A DNA stretch of 64,000 nt from a bacterium (GTDB lineage Bacteria; Vulcanimicrobiota; Xenobia; Xenobiales; JADMJV01). How positions within the stretch are numbered: the stretch's first letter is position 1; every line of letters starts with the position of its first letter. The position numbers and the translations under genes are program-made. This document shows positions 54,600 through 61,519 of the stretch, in pieces. The notes below the pieces were generated by a model. That model was not told the origin of the DNA. It searched no databases and saw nothing but the letters and a program-made list of their open reading frames with translations. The stretch lies in assembly GCA_018780265.1 (NCBI GenBank), contig JADMJV010000096.1, positions 22,856-86,855 of the forward strand, given 5' to 3'.

Positions 54600-55100
54600 T
54601 CAGCAGGCTCCAAGATCGTAGACAAAGTCGCTGTCTCTGCCTATCAGCGGTTTGGGCACGCCCAACTGCTCGGAGATGATCTCTAGCAGGCGTTCCCACA
54701 CCTGGGGGCGAGTCCAGTGTCGGTCTGAGCCGGGTAGCTGCTCCCTCACCAATATCACCAATTCTCTGACGGTTTGGGGCTTGCAGGCCCAGAACGAGCG
54801 CGACGTCCGTAGGCGCTGACCCAACCGGTCTTCCAAATCTCTCCAGGGCACCCGGGGAAAGCCCCCCAACGGTCTCTCCAAAGTGATGTGGTGACGACTG
54901 ACTCCCGCCTCCATAAGCAGCTGTCGAATGGCTTGAAAGGCGGTTTGAGAAGCACAAGATTGTGGCTGAATCTGCAGCTGCTGGCAAACAAAATGGTCGA
55001 CCTGCCCTGGAGTGTTCAACGCGCCGGCCTGTTCATTGCTGATGCTAAGCTTGAACTCCGACTCTACAGCCATGACCAATTCCACCAAATCAAGTCCCAC
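54600..55100 (-). CDS. Circularly permuted acyl-carrier-protein-like protein lacking the Ppant serine
   Basis: N-term MGLDLVELVMAVESEF..ISNE = ACP helices II-IV; C-term IISEQLGV...DSDFVYDLG = ACP helix I/loop. Confidence 0.75.
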   Translation of the reverse strand: MGLDLVELVMAVESEFKLSISNEQAGALNTPGQVDHFVCQQLQIQPQSCASQTAFQAIRQLLMEAGVSRHHITLERPLGGFPRVPWRDLEDRLGQRLRTSRSFWACKPQTVRELVILVREQLPGSDRHWTRPQVWERLLEIISEQLGVPKPLIGRDSDFVYDLGAC

Positions 55101-55176
55101 TCTATAGAGTTCGCGAGTGGAGGATGAGCCCCCGCCCAGGGATGGCGCAGGATTTTCCAAGGGGCAGTCGCGAAAA

Positions 55177-55314
55177 GTTGAGACAGTTGAGCAAGCTCAG
55201 ACTTATCCTTAAGAATCAGAATCATATCCTGCGGTTGCTGGTTCGAATCCAGCCTCCCCCAGCTGAGGGGGAGTGGCGCAATTGGTAGACGCGGCGGGCT
55301 CAGACTATCTCAAC
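55177..55314 (+). ncRNA. Circularly permuted tRNA-like RNA 1 (YrlA/Y-RNA-like or permuted tRNA-CAT)
   Basis: T-arm GCTGG-TTCGAAT-CCAGC; acceptor CTCCCCC/GGGGGAG closed by AGCTGA; D-arm GCG-CAATTGGTAGA-CGC; anticodon stem GCGGG/CCTGC; outer helix GTTGAGA/TCTCAAC. Confidence 0.8.
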
Positions 55315-55327
55315 AAGCTTCTCATTA

Positions 55328-55480
55328 CCGTAGTCTTCGAATCGAACTCTCCGGGACCATAGCCTCAGATGCTGGTTCGAGTCCAGTCCCCTGCTCCACG
55401 CAGGGGTGGGCAAATGGCATGACAGTAGCTTTCAAAGTTTAGCCCGGCGATTAAATGCCGTCGAAGACAGATGATTGCGG
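55328..55480 (+). ncRNA. Circularly permuted tRNA-like RNA 2 (YrlA-like Y RNA)
   Basis: T-arm GCTGG-TTCGAGT-CCAGT; acceptor CCCCTGC/GCAGGGG closed by TCCAC; D-like TGGGCAAATGG; helices CCGGG/CCCGG and GTCTTCGA/TCGAAGAC, the latter overlapping a GTCGAAG motif. Confidence 0.75.
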
Positions 55481-55487
55481 CCAAACG

Positions 55488-55525
55488 AGGGCCCTCAGCT
55501 GGGTATGCTGGGGGCCTTCACCTTT
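55488..55525 (+). terminator. Hairpin likely ending the ncRNA transcript
   Basis: GGCCCTCAGC-TGGGTAT-GCTGGGGGCC followed by a weak T tract. Confidence 0.5.
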
Positions 55526-55584
55526 CCAGGATCTTTCAGGCACATGGGGAAGGATGAAAGCTGAATATACGTCTGGAGTCCACC

Positions 55585-56691
55585 TTGATAGGTAACGTCA
55601 ACACCGGCTACATCACGCCCCTTAACCTGACCGTGAGGGAACATCCCAGGCTCAAGGCCGACACCTTGAGCCCCGTGCCCCAAGATGGACTGAGCCAGGG
55701 TCTGGTCACCGAGAATATTCGCAAGCCCAACTTTTCCCCGGCTACACCGGCGGCTGTAGAAGCCGCTCCAGCTGAAGTCCCACAGGAGGCGAGTCCCAAA
55801 CCGTTGCCCACCATCGCCGATGAAAACCGCCTGCTCCAGCCCGGCACGGTGGTCTGGGAACTGCAGCCCGGCTGGGGACACAGCAAGGCGCGCACCCAAC
55901 AGGGCAAAGGTTATCCCGAACGACAACTGCCCCCCAATGGCGCCCAAAATTGGAATCAGGTCGACAAGAGTTACAATCCTGTTCCATATGAAGCTCCGGT
56001 GCTGGCCACCAAACCCGAGTGGGCCGACCCGCCCAGCATCCAGGAGACGCTGGCCAAGCGCGAGTTGAAGAGTTACGAAAAGCAACAGTTCGGCTCTGAG
56101 GGAGAGCCGCTCAATCCTAAAGGGCCCACCGGAATCACCGGTCGCGGCCTGCTGGGCAAGCACGGCGCCAACTTTGCGGCCGATCCTATCGTTACCCGCG
56201 TCAATCCCGACACCGGCAAACTGGAGATGATCGCCATCGTGCGCGAGGATCTGGGCCAGGTGGCCATCCCCGGCGGCATGGTCGACCACGGCGAGAAGGT
56301 GTCAGGAACACTGGCCCGAGAGTTGTGCGAAGAGACCTTAGGCAAAGAAGAGCACAGCAACGCCGGCGCCCAGGAGCAGAAACTTCAACAGATGTTTGAA
56401 CGGGCCACCCCGGTCTATCAAGGCTACGTGGACGACCCCCGCAATACCGACAACTCCTGGATGGAGACGCAAGCCTTTCACCTGCACCTGACCCCGGACG
56501 AGGCCAAAGAGTTAAACCTGCAAAAGGGCAGCGACGCCGCCCACGTGGAGTGGAAGCCGATCACTTCTGAATCGCTGGGCAAGATGTATGCTTCTCACGG
56601 CAGCTTCGTCAAGCAGGCGGTGCTGCTGTGGCAGCAAGACTCGGGCCTGATTTTGGGCAACGACGGTACGGTTGGGACGCCTCCCCGCTAG
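55585..56691 (+). CDS. NUDT9-like ADP-ribose pyrophosphatase (Nudix) with low-complexity N-terminal extension
   Basis: PLNPKGPTGITGRGLLG..GANFAADPIVTR, AIPGGMVD..E......RE..EE, YVDDPRNTDNSWMET, YASH. Confidence 0.88.
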   Translation: MIGNVNTGYITPLNLTVREHPRLKADTLSPVPQDGLSQGLVTENIRKPNFSPATPAAVEAAPAEVPQEASPKPLPTIADENRLLQPGTVVWELQPGWGHSKARTQQGKGYPERQLPPNGAQNWNQVDKSYNPVPYEAPVLATKPEWADPPSIQETLAKRELKSYEKQQFGSEGEPLNPKGPTGITGRGLLGKHGANFAADPIVTRVNPDTGKLEMIAIVREDLGQVAIPGGMVDHGEKVSGTLARELCEETLGKEEHSNAGAQEQKLQQMFERATPVYQGYVDDPRNTDNSWMETQAFHLHLTPDEAKELNLQKGSDAAHVEWKPITSESLGKMYASHGSFVKQAVLLWQQDSGLILGNDGTVGTPPR

Positions 56692-56758
56692 ATAAAGGAA
56701 TTTCCTACCCAAAGCCCAAAAACGGCCGCGTCCCGGGGGGATGGTTCGAGGAGGCGGC

Positions 56759-58501
56759 GTGGTCGTTTTGGGTATCAATGAGGGCATCAACAGCTCCGTT
56801 GTGGTCAGCGAAGCCGGCCAAGTCCGCTTTGCCCTGCAAGAGGAGCGGGTTTGCCGCCAAAAAGAGTATGTGGGCTTCCCCCATCAGGCCCTCGAATTCA
56901 CTCTGAGCCACCTCCATTTGCAGCCCAAGGATATCGGCGCTGTCTGCCTGTCCAACCTGAAGAGCCCCGGATTTACCAAGCAAGAGTTTCACCGCGCCTA
57001 CCAGCACAACGCCGAGCAGACCATAGAAGAACTGCTGCAAAAGCCGAGCGGTTGGGAAAAGTTGCGCAAGACCCGTCTGACCCCCGCCAAACCCAAAAAG
57101 CCCCAGCCCGACCCGAACAATCTCAAGGTGGAAGGCTACCTGGCCCAACACGGGCTGGGCCAAATCGAACTGGTTCGCAGCCACCACCATCTCAATCACG
57201 CCGCAGCGGCTTATTTTGGCTGCCGCCAAAATGCCGAGGAGGCTCACCTGGTGGTCACGCTCGATGGCGGCGGTGATGACGACTGCGCCCACGTGTATGT
57301 GGGCGAGAAGGGCCGCTTGCGCCTGTTGGGGGCCACCCCGGCCGGCCATTCGGTGGGCAATCTCTACTCGCGAGTGACCCATTTTATGGGCATGACGCCG
57401 CACGAGCACGAATACAAGTTGATGGGCCTGGCCGCCTATGCCAAGCCCGACTACTGCCGCGAGGTAATCGCCAGGTTTCACAACTATCTAGAGGTGGACC
57501 CCGAGGAGCCGACGCGCTTTCGCTGCAAACTGCCGGTCACCACTTTTCAGTGCGCGCCTTTTCTGGCTCGCGACTTCCAGCGCGTTCGCTTTGACAATCT
57601 GGCCGGAGCCATCCAGTTTTTCACCGAGGAACTGCTGGTGCAATGGATTTCCGGGCTGATTCGCAGCACCGGAATTGCCCGGGTGGTCTGCGCCGGCGGC
57701 GTGTTTATGAACGTCAAAGCCAATCAACGTCTGGCCGCTCTGCCCGAGATGAAGTATTTTGATGTCTTTCCTTCCTGCGGAGACGAGACACTGCCCTTTG
57801 GGGCATGCTGGAATCTGCATGCCCAGCGCTCGCCCGATTGTGGGGCCAACATTCGTTTTGAGACGTTTTGCCTGGGACCCACCCCGGCCTACGATCTGGC
57901 CAAAGCCCAACAAGAATATGGCGACCGGGTAGAGTTTACCCCTGTGCAAGATGCCGAGGCTTACCTGGCCCGCCTCATTGCCGATGGTCTGGTGGTGGCC
58001 CGCTGCCGCGGAGCCATGGAGTTTGGGGCTCGTGCTCTGGGCAATCGATCGATCACGGCCGACCCTTCGGAAACGCGTATTATTCCGCGCATCAACAAGA
58101 TGATCAAGCAACGCGACTTCTGGATGCCCTTCGCCCCGGCCGTGCTGCTGGAGGATGCCCGTGAATTTTTGCAGGTGCCCGACACGCTGCCTGAGCGCAT
58201 CTCGCCCTTTATGATGCACACCTTTGACACCAGTGCCCGGCGTGAAGAGTTTGTAGCCGGGGTGCATGCCTACGACGATACGGCCCGCGCTCAGGTGGTG
58301 TCTGCCCGCAGCAATGCCGGTTTTCACGAGATGATCGGCCATTTCAAGCAACTGAAAAACAAGGGAGTGGTGCTGAATACGTCCTTTAACCTGCACGGCT
58401 GGCCCATCGTAATGGGGGCCTGTGATGCCCTGGAGGTAATGGTCAACTCGGACCTTACTCACCTGATTCTGGAAGATTTTCTGGTCACCAAGCGCCCGTG
58501 A
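56759..58501 (+). CDS. O-carbamoyltransferase, NodU/CmcH family
   Basis: QEER, HHLNHAAAAY, DGGGD, EYKLMGLA, GGVFMNVK, EFGARALGNRSI, PFAP, LNTSFN. Confidence 0.93.
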   Translation: MVVLGINEGINSSVVVSEAGQVRFALQEERVCRQKEYVGFPHQALEFTLSHLHLQPKDIGAVCLSNLKSPGFTKQEFHRAYQHNAEQTIEELLQKPSGWEKLRKTRLTPAKPKKPQPDPNNLKVEGYLAQHGLGQIELVRSHHHLNHAAAAYFGCRQNAEEAHLVVTLDGGGDDDCAHVYVGEKGRLRLLGATPAGHSVGNLYSRVTHFMGMTPHEHEYKLMGLAAYAKPDYCREVIARFHNYLEVDPEEPTRFRCKLPVTTFQCAPFLARDFQRVRFDNLAGAIQFFTEELLVQWISGLIRSTGIARVVCAGGVFMNVKANQRLAALPEMKYFDVFPSCGDETLPFGACWNLHAQRSPDCGANIRFETFCLGPTPAYDLAKAQQEYGDRVEFTPVQDAEAYLARLIADGLVVARCRGAMEFGARALGNRSITADPSETRIIPRINKMIKQRDFWMPFAPAVLLEDAREFLQVPDTLPERISPFMMHTFDTSARREEFVAGVHAYDDTARAQVVSARSNAGFHEMIGHFKQLKNKGVVLNTSFNLHGWPIVMGACDALEVMVNSDLTHLILEDFLVTKRP

Positions 58502-59772
58502 AGAAAGTTGCCTTTTTCGTCTTTAACACCGCTAACGGGGACCTGCGCGTCCATCGCCAGGCCCGGCTGTTGAGCGAAAACGGTTATGAAGTGCGCATCT
58601 ACTGTTTCTTGGAGCCGGGCCTGCCCCAGCGCGAGGAACGCTTTGGCTACACCATTTACCGAGAAGACCAGCGCAGTCACTTCACTCGTTTCTTTGACGA
58701 TCAAATCATGCGCCGCCTGCGCAGCAGTCGAAAATCCACCCCCTTCGGCGCCTCGGTCGCACCCCAGTTGCCGCCCGATCGAGAGCCGGTTCGCCCCTGC
58801 CCTCCCCCACCGCCCCGCCAACTACCCCACCATTTCCTGGAGGGCGAGGAGCAGTATCTACAATACGTCAGTACCATCAACAAGGTGTGGGCCCGTGAGG
58901 CCACCGCCTGGCGCCCGGATATCTGCCAGGCTCACGACCTGGACGCGCTCGAGGGGGCCGCAGTCACGGCCGAAGCCTGCTCGGCCCGACTGATTTACGA
59001 CACCCACGAACTGTGGACCGACCAACCGTTCATTCGCTCTCAGCCCACCGTGGACTATTGGGACGCACTGGAAGCCAGACTGATCAGGCGTTGTCAGGCC
59101 GTGCTTACCGTCAGTCGCCCTTTTGCGGAGGTGCTGGAAAAGAAATATGGGATGGAAGTGAGGCCGCTCCACAATTGCCAGGAATACCGGCCCCGCCCCC
59201 AACCCTCACAGGCCCTGAGACAGCTGTCGGGCGGTCGACCGGTGGCCCTGTATCAAGGGGTGCTGGGACTGGACCGAGGCCTGGAACAACTGATTGCTTC
59301 GGCCCGCCATCAGCAAGAGGTGGTGGTTGCCCTGCGTGGCTATGGCGCTTTGCAACCGGCCCTGGTGCAATTGGCCGAGGGGATGGACAACGTGTTGCTG
59401 CTCGACCCCTGCCGCCCCGAGGAGATCATCGAGAAAGCGGCCGAAGGCGATATGGGGGTCATCCCCTTTCTGCCTACCTGCCTGAACCACTATCTGAACA
59501 CCCCCAACAAGTTGTTCGAATATATGCTGGCCGGCCTGCCCATCGCGGCGGCCGACCTGCCCGACCTGAAGCGATTTGTGGAGGGGGAAGAGCTGGGTAT
59601 TTTGTTTGACCCCTTCAGTCCTCAGGACATCGCCCGGGCGCTCTTGGAGTTATGGCGCGATCCCCAACGCGAGGCGCGCGGAACGCGAGCCCACGAAGCC
59701 TGTCGCCTGCGCTACAACTGGGAGACGGAAGGCAAGACTTTGTTAGATTGTTACACAATGCTCACCCATTGA
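58498..59772 (+). CDS. Glycosyltransferase family 4
   Basis: DLRV, AHDLD, IYDTHE, PNKLFEYMLAGLPI. Confidence 0.9.
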   Translation: MKKVAFFVFNTANGDLRVHRQARLLSENGYEVRIYCFLEPGLPQREERFGYTIYREDQRSHFTRFFDDQIMRRLRSSRKSTPFGASVAPQLPPDREPVRPCPPPPPRQLPHHFLEGEEQYLQYVSTINKVWAREATAWRPDICQAHDLDALEGAAVTAEACSARLIYDTHELWTDQPFIRSQPTVDYWDALEARLIRRCQAVLTVSRPFAEVLEKKYGMEVRPLHNCQEYRPRPQPSQALRQLSGGRPVALYQGVLGLDRGLEQLIASARHQQEVVVALRGYGALQPALVQLAEGMDNVLLLDPCRPEEIIEKAAEGDMGVIPFLPTCLNHYLNTPNKLFEYMLAGLPIAAADLPDLKRFVEGEELGILFDPFSPQDIARALLELWRDPQREARGTRAHEACRLRYNWETEGKTLLDCYTMLTH

Positions 59773-59833
59773 TTCTGCCCCAAACCCATCATGAGCTGGG
59801 GGAACATGCCCAACCTCTAAGGAGCCAAAATTC

Positions 59834-61513
59834 GTGGATCTTCGTATCGCTGCCAATGCCCCCAGTCAACCTCCCGTCCAGGGCGCGCCACCTGCTCAGC
59901 AGCAGCCTCCGGCCCAACAGCAGCCTCCGGCGGACCAGGTTCAGATCAGCACCTTCTGGCAGGACCCCTTTGTAGGTCCCACCGATGCCAGCCTGGTCGA
60001 CCGAGCCATGGTGGGCACGGAGTTGGCCAATAGCCGCGTGCAGATCAACGACAACCGCGAAAAGATTCGGCCCGACGCCGACGGAAACTACCGAGCCGAG
60101 CCCGGCAGCGACGGCGAGAGCCAGATTAACGCTCAGGTGGTCACCACCCGCACCCTGAATATGTGGGAAAATTATCGAGGCAGCGCCATCAACTGGTCTT
60201 TCTGGGGCGGAGGCGCCTTGGAAGTGGTGCCCCACAAGAAGGCCGGCATGAACGCTTACTATTCGCGCTGGGAAGGCTCGACCAACTATTTCTATCAGCC
60301 CTCCCAGGTGCTTAACACCGTGGTCAAAACGGCCAACTCCAGCGACGTGGTGGCTCACGAGACCGGCCACGCGGTACTCGACGGCATGAAGCCCGGCTAC
60401 CTGGGCAGCTCCGACAAGGAGACGGGAGCTTTTCATGAAGCCTTTGGAGACTGCACGGCTATGTTGGCCGGGCTGCAAGACGTGGCCCTCAACGAACGCA
60501 TCATCGCCCAGACCGGCGGTGACCTGAAAAAGCCCAATGCCATTGCCTGGCTGGCCGAAGAGTTTGGCAAACATCGCCGCCTTACCAACGACGATCCGGC
60601 CGACGACAATCGCGCCTGGCTGCGCAACTCTCAAAACAAATTCACCTACGTAACCCCCGAGAGTCTGGGCGACGGCCGCGGCGACGACGACACCTTGGGC
60701 GGAGAAATTCACAGCTTTGCGCGTCTCTTTGCGGGCGCCTTTTACGACTGCCTGGAAGCAGCCTATCAGCACGGACTGAGCGAGCAGTCGCTGCCACCGG
60801 CCCAGGCGCTAAAATATGCGGCCGACACCATGGGTCCGCTGCTGTCGCGAGCCGTGGACCGCGCTCCGGCCAATCGTGGACGTTTCAAGGATATGGGCCT
60901 GGGGCTGATCGCGGCCGACCAGGACATCAACGCGGGCAAACTGGGCGACCAGATCAAGAAAATCTTCCTGGACCGCAAAATCATTAGCGACAGCGATCTG
61001 CAAAACCAGGGCCAACGTCAGTCTGCCCTGCCCGACCTGAGGGTAGACCACAACTTTACCTCAGCCGAGGAGGTAGCCGCCTACACCAGTGCCCGCGGCC
61101 AACAGTTGGGACTGCCTGAGGGAGTGAAGCTGGAGACCGTTTCGCTGAGCCTGAACGAACGAGGCGAACAGGTGGCCAACCTGCTCTATCAGCAGACGGT
61201 GCCCGTAACGGTGCCCGGCCTGGAGGGACTGACCACTGATGTCAACGGCGGCGTCACGCTGGCCTTTGACGCCCAGGGCAAATTGAGCGACTTCCGCCAC
61301 ACGGGCATCACCCCCGAATTTGTCCAGGACGAAATGAACGGACTGGCCTACATGCAACGCAGGGGACAGATTTTAGATGAGCAACGCGGCCCCATGATCT
61401 ACACCCGAGAGGACGGCAAGCCCTACCTGGCCGTGATCCGAGGCGACAAGTTGGTGCGCGTGCCCTCGAGCGCCTGCGAGTGTGGCAGCTGCGGACACTG
61501 TCAGTCGCGCTAG
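59834..61513 (+). CDS. Zn-metallopeptidase, M4/M36 (thermolysin/fungalysin-like)
   Basis: NAYYS, VVAHETGHAVLD (HExxH), AFHEAFGD third ligand, EIH. Confidence 0.82.
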   Translation: MDLRIAANAPSQPPVQGAPPAQQQPPAQQQPPADQVQISTFWQDPFVGPTDASLVDRAMVGTELANSRVQINDNREKIRPDADGNYRAEPGSDGESQINAQVVTTRTLNMWENYRGSAINWSFWGGGALEVVPHKKAGMNAYYSRWEGSTNYFYQPSQVLNTVVKTANSSDVVAHETGHAVLDGMKPGYLGSSDKETGAFHEAFGDCTAMLAGLQDVALNERIIAQTGGDLKKPNAIAWLAEEFGKHRRLTNDDPADDNRAWLRNSQNKFTYVTPESLGDGRGDDDTLGGEIHSFARLFAGAFYDCLEAAYQHGLSEQSLPPAQALKYAADTMGPLLSRAVDRAPANRGRFKDMGLGLIAADQDINAGKLGDQIKKIFLDRKIISDSDLQNQGQRQSALPDLRVDHNFTSAEEVAAYTSARGQQLGLPEGVKLETVSLSLNERGEQVANLLYQQTVPVTVPGLEGLTTDVNGGVTLAFDAQGKLSDFRHTGITPEFVQDEMNGLAYMQRRGQILDEQRGPMIYTREDGKPYLAVIRGDKLVRVPSSACECGSCGHCQSR

Positions 61514-61519
61514 CCGGGC

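Noticed and set aside
55143-55158. Sigma54 promoter TGGCGCAGGATTTTC ahead of the RNAs
   Set aside because: The invariant -12 GC is missing (TTTC), so it is too weak to call.
55267-55398. Conventional intron-containing tRNA made of RNA 1's 5' half and RNA 2's 3' half (ending TCCA)
   Set aside because: Acceptor strands GGGGGAG and CCCCTGC pair poorly and the anticodon stems do not match, whereas each permuted pairing gives a perfect 7 bp.
55177-55480. Two-piece (permuted) tmRNA
   Set aside because: No G3-U70 alanine acceptor signature and no tag reading frame. RNA 1 has a full D-stem, which tmRNA lacks.
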